From: a virus
Taxonomy: Duplodnaviria > Caudoviricetes
Direction: 5' to 3' (one strand)
Length of the DNA: 54,565 nt
Virus record (IMG/VR): IMGVR_UViG_3300001844_000164
Span: 1-54,565 of that record
The notes under the pieces were generated by a model that saw only the letters and a list, made by a program, of their open reading frames with translations, was not told where the DNA came from and ran no database searches. A program made the position numbers and the translations under genes. Positions 9,014-18,324 of this stretch are shown here, piece after piece (the first letter of the stretch is position 1; every line of letters begins with the position of its first letter).

Positions 9014-9823
9014 ATGAGCATCGTCCAAGTCCTCGCCGCCGTCGACGACGGCTACCCGGTGGTGAACAACGCCACCGGCGGAGACGTCATCTATCGGATC
9101 GGCAAGTGGCAGTACCACAAATTCACTTCGGCTGGCACTTTTGAGTTCACCGTGATGGGCAACGGGTCGTTGCCCGTGAAACTCTATGTCGCATCCGGCG
9201 GTGATGGCGGTTTTTCAGCAGACGGTCGCGCTGGCGGAGGCGATGCTCCTACCAACGGCGCTAGTGGCGCACCCGGCGGAATGTACGGTTTTCAGGGCGC
9301 TTTGACCGCAAACAATTTCGGGATCAACTCCCCAAAAACAGTCACGATAGGTGCTGGTGGCTCTCCCGGCTTCGGCGGCTCGGCGTCGCAGATCGGTATT
9401 CACGGAGCAACGAATTACTCGAACACCAACGGAGGAGCTGGAGGATCGGGAGGAGCAGCCGGGTCTTCGTACACCAATGCTTTGGATGGAAATTCCGGCG
9501 GCAACGGGCAAAATATGTCGACCGAGTTCCCGAACGAAAGGGGTTACTTTTCTGGCGGTGGTGGTGGTGGCGGTGGCGGCGCCGGTGACGTCGCGTCTAA
9601 CCAAGGCGGCGGAGGCGCCGGTAACGGCGGCGGCGGTGATGGTGGTGGCGGCGGAGGTACAGGCTACGATGGTTCCGCCGCAAGCGACGGCCTCGCCAAC
9701 ACAGGCGGCGGCGGAGGTGGTGGCGGCGGAGCTGGGTATGATCCTAACAACGCCAACAACGGCGGCTCTGGTGGCAGCGGCGGCAGCGGAATCGTTCTCG
9801 TGAAATTCCAGTACGCAAACTGA
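9014..9823 (+). CDS. Glycine-rich fibre/receptor-binding protein
   Basis: ATGG...YHKFTSAGTF start, GGGGG runs, ANTGGGGGG and GGSGIVLVKF end, typical of phage Gly-rich domain proteins. Confidence 0.8.
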   Translation: MSIVQVLAAVDDGYPVVNNATGGDVIYRIGKWQYHKFTSAGTFEFTVMGNGSLPVKLYVASGGDGGFSADGRAGGGDAPTNGASGAPGGMYGFQGALTANNFGINSPKTVTIGAGGSPGFGGSASQIGIHGATNYSNTNGGAGGSGGAAGSSYTNALDGNSGGNGQNMSTEFPNERGYFSGGGGGGGGGAGDVASNQGGGGAGNGGGGDGGGGGGTGYDGSAASDGLANTGGGGGGGGGAGYDPNNANNGGSGGSGGSGIVLVKFQYAN

Positions 9824-9824
9824 C

Positions 9825-10127
9825 ATGGCACACTTTGCTGAAATCTCTACCGCCAACGTGGTGCAGCGCGTCTTGGTCGTGCCAGACGGTCAAGAGCATC
9901 GCGGCCAAGATTTCCTCGCCAACGACCTTCAGCTTGGTGGCGAGTGGATCAAGACCAGCTACAACACGCGCCGCGGCGTCCACATCCGCGGCGGAGTTCC
10001 GTTCCGAAAAAACTACGCCGGAATCGGGTACACCTACGACGCGACCCGCGACGCATTCATCCCACCCAAACCTGCGGGCGATAACTGGGTGCTGGACGAG
10101 GAGACCTGCTGGTGGGTCAAACCATGA
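9825..10127 (+). CDS. Conserved phage protein typically following Gly-rich fibre genes (possible chaperone)
   Basis: MAHFAEI...WIKTSYN...FRKNYAGIGYTYDATRDAFIPPKP...WVLDEETCWW signature. Confidence 0.8.
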   Translation: MAHFAEISTANVVQRVLVVPDGQEHRGQDFLANDLQLGGEWIKTSYNTRRGVHIRGGVPFRKNYAGIGYTYDATRDAFIPPKPAGDNWVLDEETCWWVKP

Positions 10128-10555
10128 GCCTCCTCTCCTTCCTCGCCAGCGCCGCCGGCGGTACGGTCCTCGGCGGCCTCACCCAACTCCTGGCCACGTT
10201 TGCCTCCGAGGCCAAAGAGTGGAGCGCGTCGAAGCGCCGCATCGCCGAGCTCCAGGCGATCAAGGAGCGCGACATCGCGATCGGCGAACTCCAGGCATTC
10301 ATCAAGGCCCAGGAGGGCTTCACGTCGACCTACACGCCGCCCGTCACCGCCCCGGGCTGGACGCACGCGGTATTCACGATCGTCGAGGCGTTCATCAAGT
10401 TGGTGCGGCCGATCATGGTCGTCGGCGCGTGCTGGTATCTGTGGACGCTTCCTTCGGCCGACCTCGCTGGGCTCCGGCCGGAGATCGTCGCCTTCTGCTT
10501 CTCGGTCGGCTACGCCTGGATCGGCATCCGGCACCAGCGCCAGCTTGGGAAGTAA
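10124..10555 (+). CDS. Putative holin-like membrane protein
   Basis: ATGA overlap with the upstream gene; hydrophobic N-terminus, coiled segment, LVRP motif then two hydrophobic helices and a basic C-terminus (3TM-holin-like layout). Confidence 0.55.
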   Translation: MSLLSFLASAAGGTVLGGLTQLLATFASEAKEWSASKRRIAELQAIKERDIAIGELQAFIKAQEGFTSTYTPPVTAPGWTHAVFTIVEAFIKLVRPIMVVGACWYLWTLPSADLAGLRPEIVAFCFSVGYAWIGIRHQRQLGK

Positions 10556-12217
10556 ATGGCCACCGTCCCCGAGGAACTCCTGCTCGCGCGCATCAAGCGC
10601 GAGAGTGAAGCTCGGGCCGCGGCCGACGCTGCTCTAGAGGCCGCCCTGGCCTCCGCTACGGCGGAATCAAAGCAGAAGATCGACGCCATCGCGTCCCGGC
10701 TGTCGGCAAAGATTGGGAGCTCCACGGTCACGTCGTCCGCGATCGTCGGCGAAATCAAGCGCACCCAGGTTGAGCCTGGATTCGCGCTGGCGGAAGACCT
10801 GCTGACTCTCCAGGCGACAGTCACCGACGGACAGAACACCAGCGCGGCCAGCGTTGAGGAGCTGCGCGTCGCGATGGCGGACCAAAACCAGGCGTTCGCC
10901 CAGGACGTGCTCACGGTGAGGGCGCAGTTCAATAAGAACATCGCCCAGGTCACCGACGACATCACGGCCCAGGCCACGGCCAACTCGGCGACAGCGTCGC
11001 GAGTGACTACACTCGAGTCTACGGTCGCCAACCCGACGACCGGCCTGGCCCAGGCACATTCTCGGATCACGGCCGAGGAGTCCGCCCGGGCCACCGCGGT
11101 CGACGCGGTCGCGACGCGCACAACGACGCTGGAATCGACGGTCAACAACCCGACGACCGGCGTGGCGGCGACCTCCGCGAGGCTTACCACCGAGGAGTCC
11201 ACCCGCGCCACCGCGGACTCGGCGCTCTCCTCGAGGACGACTACCCTGGAATCGACGGTCAACAACGCGACGACGGGCGTGGCGGCAACTTACGCGAAGA
11301 TCGTAACCGAGGAAACGACTCGGGCCACCGCCGACAGCGCGCTCTCGTCGCGGGCCACCACGCTGGAATCGACGGTCAACAACCCGACGACGGGCGTTGC
11401 CGCAACCGCCTCCCGCATTTCGACGGTGGAGTCGACCTACGCCTCGAAGACCTACGCCGACACCAAGAAGTCCGAGGCGATCACCGCGGCCGCGGCCGAC
11501 GCCACGGCCAAAGTCTCGACGGAGTCCTCGGCCCGCGCTCAAGCCGACGGATTCCTTTCGGCGAAATACGTCCTGCGCGTCGATACCAACGGCCGCGTCG
11601 CCGGCATGGAGATCACGTCGTCAACCTCGGCGAACGCTGGAACGACGAACGAGATCAAGTTCACCGCCGACTCGTTCAAGGTCTTCAACAACAGCACCGA
11701 CATCTCGCCGTTCACGGTCGTCGGCGGAGTGGTCTACTTGACGAACGCAGTCGTCGAGCAGCTCAAAGCCAACATCCAGATCACCACCCCGAAAATCCTC
11801 GGCGGTCGTCTGGAGCTGAATGGCGAGTGCGTCGTCTGCACCAACCAGACCTCCGGCATCGTCCGCGTCAACGGTGGCGTCGGCGACGGCCCCGGGAACG
11901 GCGGCCAGGTTGATTGTTTCGGGTCAACGTGGCCGGGCCCTTACGCCGGCGCCGTGTTCATCACGCCGGCCAACGTAGGCACCGGCCATGTGCGGATTCG
12001 AGACCGCTCCGGTCTTGACCGAATCCACATCGACACGGCCGGACTCTGCAACGTGTCCAACGCCCGATTCAGCGACACGAATTTCAACGCGCATCCGAGT
12101 TCCAACAACCAGATCGAGTGTGGCGAGCAGCCTGGATCGACCAGCGGAACCTACCTCGCCATGCGCGTGAACGGCCGCACCGTCTACGTTCCCTTCTACA
12201 CTTCAGTCCCAACTTGA
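10556..12217 (+). CDS. Tail fibre/tip protein with coiled-coil repeats and DUF1983-like domain
   Basis: YVLRVDTNGRVAGM...FTADSFKV...PFTVVGGVVYLTNA matches the lambda-J C-terminal-like (DUF1983) pattern. Confidence 0.75.
   Translation: MATVPEELLLARIKRESEARAAADAALEAALASATAESKQKIDAIASRLSAKIGSSTVTSSAIVGEIKRTQVEPGFALAEDLLTLQATVTDGQNTSAASVEELRVAMADQNQAFAQDVLTVRAQFNKNIAQVTDDITAQATANSATASRVTTLESTVANPTTGLAQAHSRITAEESARATAVDAVATRTTTLESTVNNPTTGVAATSARLTTEESTRATADSALSSRTTTLESTVNNATTGVAATYAKIVTEETTRATADSALSSRATTLESTVNNPTTGVAATASRISTVESTYASKTYADTKKSEAITAAAADATAKVSTESSARAQADGFLSAKYVLRVDTNGRVAGMEITSSTSANAGTTNEIKFTADSFKVFNNSTDISPFTVVGGVVYLTNAVVEQLKANIQITTPKILGGRLELNGECVVCTNQTSGIVRVNGGVGDGPGNGGQVDCFGSTWPGPYAGAVFITPANVGTGHVRIRDRSGLDRIHIDTAGLCNVSNARFSDTNFNAHPSSNNQIECGEQPGSTSGTYLAMRVNGRTVYVPFYTSVPT
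11003..11430 (+). repeat. 117-bp (39 aa) tandem repeat, about 4 copies
   Basis: The L codon of LESTVxN falls at 11012, 11129, 11246 and 11363. Confidence 0.9.
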
Positions 12218-13968
12218 GAAAGTACGGAGCTATTTTCCCCGACGACTGGTCGGAGGCGATGGTGGAGCTGATCTGCTACGCGCAAAACCGCACCGTCGAG
12301 CAGGGCGGGCTTGGCCAGCAAGCCCACCTGCGAAACGCGATGATCGCGCTCTGGCCCAACATCTACGCCGGCGAGGTGGAGCCTGGAGTCCCGCGATGGC
12401 GCGACGACCTGGAGCTGCTCACCTGGGCCTGGTGCAAGTACAAGATTGTCTCGGTCATCGGTCACGCTTCCGCTGCGAAAACGCACACGTTCGGGCACAT
12501 CGCGGCCGCTAGTTACATCGCCGACCCGCAGAATTCCATCATCACCCTCACCTCGACCCACCTTCCCGGGCTCCGCAAGCGTCTGTGGGCCGACACGGTG
12601 TCCGCGATGAGGACGGCGCAGATTGCTCCAGGCACGCTCGGCGGTCTGATGTTCGACGTCCGAAATCACGACATGACGATGCGTCCTGCCGGGACCAAGG
12701 AGGACAAGTATGTCATCGAGGGAATCGCGACTGACCGTGGTCAGGATGCCGTTGAAAAGATTCAGGGGACGCACTCGAGGAAGCGGCGGTACGTCGTCAT
12801 CGACGAGGCCCAGGGAACGCCGTCTGCCATATTTGAGGCCGCGGCCAACCTGATGACGGACCCGGACTTCAGGATGGCCCAGCTCGCCAACCCGACGCGG
12901 CGCTATTCAGAATTTGGAACATGGTGTGAACCCGTAACAGGGTGGGGGCACATCGATCCCGACGTGGACCAGTTCTGGGAAACCAAGCGCGGCGGCGTCT
13001 GCATCCGCCTGGACGGCCTCAAGTCGGCCAACATCAAGCACGGGAAGACGGTATTCCCGTTCCTGATACGCCAGGACTACCTTGACTCGGTGGCCAAGGC
13101 ATTCGGCGAGGGGTCGCCGCGGTGGTGGACGTTCGTCCGAGGCTGGTTCGCCCCCGAGGGCCTCTTCGGCGTCATCTTCCCGTCGTCGATCCTGGCCCGG
13201 GCGGAAAAGAAGCTCGAGTACCAGATGAAGCCGGTGCGCGTGGCCGCGCTCGACCCTGCGTTCGAGGGCGGAGATCAATGCGCCCTGGCGATCGCCGAGT
13301 ACGGTTCCGCCAACGGTTCCTCGTTCGCGATGAACATGGTCTCGTCGACGCCGGTGAAAGTCGCTGTCACCGACAAGTCCGAGCCGCTCGACTACCTGAT
13401 CGCGCATGAGGTGAAGCGCATCTGCACCAAGTTTGAGGTGAAGCCGGAGAACTTCATCCTGGACGTTACCGGCGCCGGCCGCGGCGTCGCCGCCATCCTC
13501 GAGAAGGAATGGAGCCCGGAGATCAACCGCTGCAATTTTGGCGGCGGCGCCACCGAACGGAGACTCAAAAAGTCCGACTCGGAAAACTGTAGCGAGCTGT
13601 TCGACCGATTCGTCTCCGAACTGTGGTGGGCTGGACGAGCCTGGATGGAGGAGGGCCTGGTGGGCGGGCTGAACGAGGACTACAAGGTCCTCCGCGACCA
13701 GCTCATCGCGAGGCAGTACGAGACGATCAAAGACAAGAAGATAAGAATCGAAACGAAGAAGGAGATGAAGGAGAGGCTCGGCTACTCCCCGGACGAGGCC
13801 GACGCTTTTGTGATGCTTGTCGAGCTGCTCCGCCGGAAGGGCGGGGTTGCCGGCATGGCGCTCTCCAACGCGGCCGGCAGTCGCGATTCGCGAATGACGA
13901 AACGGGCCGTGCGGTACAGCAACGTGATGAATCCCGACCGGGAATTCAGCAGCGCGGAGGCCGCTTAA
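12214..13968 (+). CDS. terL: Terminase large subunit
   Basis: Walker A-like GHASAAKT, Walker B VVIDEAQ, motif LANP, nuclease ALDPAFEGGD and SPDEADAF; TTG start overlapping the upstream TGA is inferred (alternative ATG 12259). Confidence 0.9.
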   Translation: MRKYGAIFPDDWSEAMVELICYAQNRTVEQGGLGQQAHLRNAMIALWPNIYAGEVEPGVPRWRDDLELLTWAWCKYKIVSVIGHASAAKTHTFGHIAAASYIADPQNSIITLTSTHLPGLRKRLWADTVSAMRTAQIAPGTLGGLMFDVRNHDMTMRPAGTKEDKYVIEGIATDRGQDAVEKIQGTHSRKRRYVVIDEAQGTPSAIFEAAANLMTDPDFRMAQLANPTRRYSEFGTWCEPVTGWGHIDPDVDQFWETKRGGVCIRLDGLKSANIKHGKTVFPFLIRQDYLDSVAKAFGEGSPRWWTFVRGWFAPEGLFGVIFPSSILARAEKKLEYQMKPVRVAALDPAFEGGDQCALAIAEYGSANGSSFAMNMVSSTPVKVAVTDKSEPLDYLIAHEVKRICTKFEVKPENFILDVTGAGRGVAAILEKEWSPEINRCNFGGGATERRLKKSDSENCSELFDRFVSELWWAGRAWMEEGLVGGLNEDYKVLRDQLIARQYETIKDKKIRIETKKEMKERLGYSPDEADAFVMLVELLRRKGGVAGMALSNAAGSRDSRMTKRAVRYSNVMNPDREFSSAEAA

Positions 13969-14019
13969 CGTCCGATATACCGCACCTTAACCCGGCGTAA
14001 CGTCCAATATATCGTACCT
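13966..14019. repeat. Imperfect 22-bp direct repeat x2, intergenic
   Basis: taacgtccgatataccgcacct (13966) and taacgtccaatatatcgtacct (13998). Confidence 0.8.
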
Positions 14020-14020
14020 C

Positions 14021-14662
14021 ATGGCCCTGATCCGATCCTTCCGCGATGTGCCGCCCGGCGGCTGGCGCTACGTCCAGCCAGAGACCGGCGTCCGCTTTGA
14101 GTGCGACACTTTCGAGGGCCTGGTCGCGATGGTGCGCCCACACCGCGACTACAAGGGCATCCCCTCCACCACGCTCGCGGCTGACATCCAGCGCCAGCTC
14201 TGCATCAGCCTGGACACCTCCTGGTGCGCCCCGGAGCCTGGCGAAGACTACCGCCCGGTGGAGGATCTCACGTCCCGCCTGACGACCAGCATGGCGCTTT
14301 CCTTGGGTAAGGCGGTGGCCGGGGTCCTGGCCGAGGTCGCCGCCGGCCGCACCCCGCTTTGTCCGCCGGAGGAGGCCGCCGCCCGGGCGGCCGTTTGCCG
14401 CGGGTGTCCGCTCAACAAGCCCGCCAGCCTGTGCTCCTGCTCTGCGGTATACAAGGCGATCGAGGCGTCGATCCCCAAGGACCGACGCCAGGCCGGCATC
14501 AGCGTCTGCATGGCTTGCGGCTGCTCGCTCCAGGCCAAGGCCAACCTGCCCCTGGGGGTCGTCCAGGCAGCCAATTCCCCCGGCGTCACCTTCCCGCCCT
14601 GGTGCTGGCAGCGCCTCGACGCCCCCTTGCGGGGTAGTCCGGGGTCGGATACAAGGGCCTGA
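14021..14662 (+). CDS. Cys-rich hypothetical protein (putative metal-binding)
   Basis: PPGGWRY N-terminus; CRGCP, CSC, CMACGC, WCW motifs; lies between terL and portal. Confidence 0.75.
   Translation: MALIRSFRDVPPGGWRYVQPETGVRFECDTFEGLVAMVRPHRDYKGIPSTTLAADIQRQLCISLDTSWCAPEPGEDYRPVEDLTSRLTTSMALSLGKAVAGVLAEVAAGRTPLCPPEEAAARAAVCRGCPLNKPASLCSCSAVYKAIEASIPKDRRQAGISVCMACGCSLQAKANLPLGVVQAANSPGVTFPPWCWQRLDAPLRGSPGSDTRA
14622..14655 (+). promoter_or_regulatory. Putative late promoter CCCCC-TTGCGG-N17-TACAAG
   Basis: Same motif, 10 nt before the portal ATG. Confidence 0.55.
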
Positions 14663-14665
14663 CGC

Positions 14666-16777
14666 ATGGAATCCTCCTCGCCATCCACGCTTCCGACGCC
14701 GTCGGAACGCCGCATCCGCGACGCCGCGACGGCCCGGTCCCTCTGGCGCAAGCTCCGCACCGCATCGGAACTCCGGAGAAACAAGTGGTTGCAGGTCCAG
14801 AACCAGCTCGACGGTGCTCCGCCGTTTTCCAACAAGGAGCTGCTCGAGCTTGGCCAGAGCTGGCGCTGCAATGTCAATTTCCGCGACGCCGCGTCGACCC
14901 TGGAGCAGGTGATGATAAGCTACTGGCGGCTCCTGCACGACACGACCAATTTGGCCTCGGTCCAGTACGTTACCCCGGACGACCCGAATGGTGAAAAATG
15001 GGAGCAGTTTTTTCAACAGGCGTTCAATAGGTTCATCGACGACTGGGGGCCGGATTACGTCCGAAACTACCTGCTGTTCTCGCAGAACCACGTCTCCTTC
15101 GGCGTCGGCGTCAGTTTTTGGAACGACAAGTTCTCTCCGCGCTGGGAAGCGGTCCGCATCGGCGAGGTCGAGGTGCCCACCCGGGCGAAGGCCAGCGTCG
15201 AAAAGCTCACCCTCTTTGGCGTGCGCCAGGAGATTGAGGTCGACTTTCTGTGGGAGCTGATTCGCTCCCCCGATTCAAAGGCCACCGCGACGAAACGCGG
15301 ATGGAACCCCGGCGCGATCGAGGAGCTGCTGGTCCGCGAATTCGTGAAGCAGGACGGCGCCGTCTCCACTCCGGTGACCGGGCACGATGTGCTGGAGCTC
15401 CAGCGCCTCATGCGCGACAACGCGCTCGGCGTCACGACCGGCCACGATCCGGTGAAGCTGGTCCACATCTTGGTCCGCGATTACGACGGCAAGATCTCGC
15501 GGATGATCTTCGCCGAGATGCAGGAGCACCAGTCAGAGTTCCTCTTCGACGACAGCGGCGCTGACAGCCGGCCGGACAGCATGAACCACACCCTGGCCGC
15601 CGTCTTCTTCGACGCCGGCAACGGCGATTGGTGGGGCACCAAGGGTTTCGGGGTTAAGAATTTCCAGCTCTCGACGGTCCAGAACCGGCTCAAGAGCCGG
15701 GCTGTCGACCGCACGCTGATCGACGGGCTCAACTTCCGGGACCTTTCTGAAGGTGGTCGTGAAACGGTCCCGATCACCAGCGTCGGTCCGTTCAATTTTC
15801 TGCCAAAGGACGTTGAGCAGGTTGGCAGCTACCCAACCGGACGATCGATCATCGAAACGATCGAGCTGCTGGACTCGCAGCAGAGCTACAACAACGCGCG
15901 CTACCGCGACCAGGGGAAGCAGATTCAGCAGACCGACACGGCCACCCAGGCGAACATCCTGGCCAACATCCAGAGCCAGGTCGACGTCGCCAACGCGACG
16001 CTCTATTTGCGCCAGATCGCCCGCAACATTTTCACCGAGCAGTTCCGCCGGCTGCGGATGCGCGGCAACCCGGATGCCGACGCCAAGCTCTTCAAGAAGC
16101 GGTGCGTCGACGAGCTCGGGATGCCGGAAAAGGTCTTCCACGACGGCGAGATCTCGATCCGCACGGGCGCCGATCCCGGCGCCATGAATCTCGCGATGCA
16201 GGGCGACCTCGCGATCCAGGGCCTCCAGCTTCCCGACGCCAACCGGCGCTGGATGCAGGAAAAGTGGGTCACCGCGAAATTCGGCTCCCAGGCCGTGGCC
16301 AAGGCGCTCAACCCGGTCGACGCCACCGCCGAGATCAAGAGCCAGCGCCTCGCGCTCATGGAGAATTCCGACATGGGCGAGGGCAATCCGCTGCCGGTCG
16401 ATCCGCAGGACAATCACGCCGCGCACGCGCCGCAGCACCTCATGCCGCTCGAGGTCATCGTCCACAACTACGACGCCACCGGCCGCATCGACCCGAACGG
16501 CCTCATCGCGCTTCAGAACGCGCTGCCGCATCTCGAGTCCCATTTCGAGTACCTGAAGCAGGACAAGCTCCAGGAGGCGCTCTTCAAGGAGCTGTGGCCG
16601 CGGTTCACCGCCGTCCGCTCCGCCGCCGAGGGAATCTTCCGCATGGTCGAGAAGATGCACAACGAGACGCAGCAAGCGCAGCAGGGTGGTTTCGATCCGG
16701 CGGGCCAGGTGGGTGCCATGTCGCAGCAGTCTTCCCCCAGTCCCAATGCTCAAGTCCCTCCTCCGTCGCCTCCTTAA
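14666..16777 (+). CDS. Probable portal protein
   Basis: 703 aa, position between terL and scaffold/capsid, helical content, DNHAAH...H motif and Q/P-rich tail typical of podovirus-like portals. Confidence 0.75.
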   Translation: MESSSPSTLPTPSERRIRDAATARSLWRKLRTASELRRNKWLQVQNQLDGAPPFSNKELLELGQSWRCNVNFRDAASTLEQVMISYWRLLHDTTNLASVQYVTPDDPNGEKWEQFFQQAFNRFIDDWGPDYVRNYLLFSQNHVSFGVGVSFWNDKFSPRWEAVRIGEVEVPTRAKASVEKLTLFGVRQEIEVDFLWELIRSPDSKATATKRGWNPGAIEELLVREFVKQDGAVSTPVTGHDVLELQRLMRDNALGVTTGHDPVKLVHILVRDYDGKISRMIFAEMQEHQSEFLFDDSGADSRPDSMNHTLAAVFFDAGNGDWWGTKGFGVKNFQLSTVQNRLKSRAVDRTLIDGLNFRDLSEGGRETVPITSVGPFNFLPKDVEQVGSYPTGRSIIETIELLDSQQSYNNARYRDQGKQIQQTDTATQANILANIQSQVDVANATLYLRQIARNIFTEQFRRLRMRGNPDADAKLFKKRCVDELGMPEKVFHDGEISIRTGADPGAMNLAMQGDLAIQGLQLPDANRRWMQEKWVTAKFGSQAVAKALNPVDATAEIKSQRLALMENSDMGEGNPLPVDPQDNHAAHAPQHLMPLEVIVHNYDATGRIDPNGLIALQNALPHLESHFEYLKQDKLQEALFKELWPRFTAVRSAAEGIFRMVEKMHNETQQAQQGGFDPAGQVGAMSQQSSPSPNAQVPPPSPP

Positions 16778-17087
16778 ACTGACACCGCAGGTCGTCATTA
16801 TTCCTGCCGCCAACCGGGAGCCGCTCACCCAGCGTGAGCGAATGGAACTGCGAGAGTGGCTCGCGTCGTCCATGACGCAGCGGGCGCTCTCGCTCATGGA
16901 ATCAAAGCATCCCGGCACCATGCTCAAGTTCCCGTCCTACGCACGCAGCGAGTGGGATGAGCGGGCCGCGGTTACGTTCCTGGCGAAGGTGAAAGGCTGG
17001 GAGCTCTACCGCGACCAGCTCCTTCAGCTTGCCGAAACACCGCGCGAGATGCGTGAGCCCACCGAAAACTTCCCGTCAACTGAATGA
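16746..17087 (+). CDS. Hypothetical protein (head module)
   Basis: ATG16746; its stop overlaps the next ATG (ATGA). Confidence 0.65.
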   Translation: MLKSLLRRLLKLTPQVVIIPAANREPLTQRERMELREWLASSMTQRALSLMESKHPGTMLKFPSYARSEWDERAAVTFLAKVKGWELYRDQLLQLAETPREMREPTENFPSTE

Positions 17088-18262
17088 GCACCGAAACCAG
17101 TCCCACCACACCCCCGGCCGACGCCGGGGACGATCACCTCGCAGCGGCGAATTCTTTTTTCGACGCCGCCGCCGCTAAAGAGCCGGCCAAGGAGCCGGCC
17201 AAGGAGCCGGCCAAGGAGCCGGCGAAAGCCGCCGCCCCGGACCCTCTCGCCTCCGTTGTAAAGGCCGCCGCCAAGGCGGCCCCGGCGGCTCCAGCAGAGG
17301 CGTCGACGCTCGAGGACATCGACAAGGGCCTCCAGGCGCCTCCGGACAATGCCAAGTCCCGCGCCGGGTGGGACGAGCTCAAGAAGCGCGCCACCGAGGA
17401 ACGTCGCCTCCGTCTCGAGCTCGAGGCGAAGATGAAGTCCGCGCCTCCGGTGGCTGCGGATGAGGCGACCAAGGCGCGACTCTCCGAGCTCGAGAAACAG
17501 AACAAGGAGTACAGCGATCGCCTCAAGGTCTTCGACCTGAAGAACCACCCGGAGTTTTCCGCCAGGTACGTTCAGCCGGCGCAGCAAGCGAAGGCCGCGA
17601 TGGCGAACATCGCGAAGAGCGACGAGGTCGAGGTGAACGTCGACGAGATGCTCTCTATGAAGGGCAAGGCGCTCAACAACGCGGTGTCCGACGCGATGGA
17701 GCGCATGACCCCCTACGCCCGGGTGAAGTTCCAGGCGGCCCTTGACGCCTACTTCGCCGCCCAGACTGGGGCCGACCAGGCGCTCGCCCAGGCGGAGGAA
17801 ACGCTCAAGACCATGAAGAGCTCGGGCGGCGCCAAGTCCCGGGCGTCGTTTGATTCCGTTGCCGGCGGGTACAAGGACACATTCCTCCCCGCCCAGGCTG
17901 CGGAAAAGGCGACGGAGGAGGAAGCGAAGCTCATCAACGAGTACAACGTCGCCCTGGCCGGCGTCGGTCCCCAGGCGGAAAAATACGCCTTCGGCGACAT
18001 CGACGAGAAGGGCGCCGCCGACCTCGCCCACAAGGCCGCGCTCTATGACTTCACCATGTCGCACGGCATTCCGCGCATCGCGTCGCTCTACAACTCGGCC
18101 CTGGCGTCCCGCGACGCCAAGATCGCCGAGCTCGAGGCCCAGGTGAAGGCGATGACGGCGGCCAGCCCGCAGGTCGGTTCCGGCGCCGGCGCCCCGCCCG
18201 AGGGCGAGGGCACCGCACCCGAGTCGCATCTGTCTGCCGCGCAGAAGTACTTCTCGAGGTAG
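17084..18262 (+). CDS. Probable capsid scaffolding protein
   Basis: Ala/Pro/Glu/Lys-rich disordered N-terminus and coiled coils, directly upstream of the capsid gene. Confidence 0.7.
   Translation: MSTETSPTTPPADAGDDHLAAANSFFDAAAAKEPAKEPAKEPAKEPAKAAAPDPLASVVKAAAKAAPAAPAEASTLEDIDKGLQAPPDNAKSRAGWDELKKRATEERRLRLELEAKMKSAPPVAADEATKARLSELEKQNKEYSDRLKVFDLKNHPEFSARYVQPAQQAKAAMANIAKSDEVEVNVDEMLSMKGKALNNAVSDAMERMTPYARVKFQAALDAYFAAQTGADQALAQAEETLKTMKSSGGAKSRASFDSVAGGYKDTFLPAQAAEKATEEEAKLINEYNVALAGVGPQAEKYAFGDIDEKGAADLAHKAALYDFTMSHGIPRIASLYNSALASRDAKIAELEAQVKAMTAASPQVGSGAGAPPEGEGTAPESHLSAAQKYFSR
17177..17224 (+). repeat. 12-bp tandem repeat x4 (KEPA)
   Basis: aaRgagccggcS four times. Confidence 0.9.
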
Positions 18263-18284
18263 TCCCGCCTGGCCTCGGCTCAAC

Positions 18285-18317
18285 CCGGCACCCCCTTGCA
18301 AAGGGTGCCGGTTTTTT
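18285..18317 (+). terminator. Intrinsic terminator overlapping a promoter motif
   Basis: ccggcaccc-N9-gggtgccgg followed by tttttt. Confidence 0.8.
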
Positions 18318-18324
18318 GTATCCA
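18289..18324 (+). promoter_or_regulatory. Putative capsid-gene promoter CACCCCC-TTGCAA-N17-TATCCA
   Basis: Same motif, upstream of the capsid gene leader. Confidence 0.6.

Noticed and set aside
12118-12213. ORF-track N-terminal extensions (terL here; likewise int, polA, lysozyme, terS, xis)
   Set aside because: They overlap upstream genes or regulatory sites; downstream starts with stop-start overlaps or promoter geometry fit better
8071-12217. Diversity-generating retroelement acting on fibre genes
   Set aside because: No reverse transcriptase and no template/variable repeat pair differing at adenines; the repeats are tandem and in-frame
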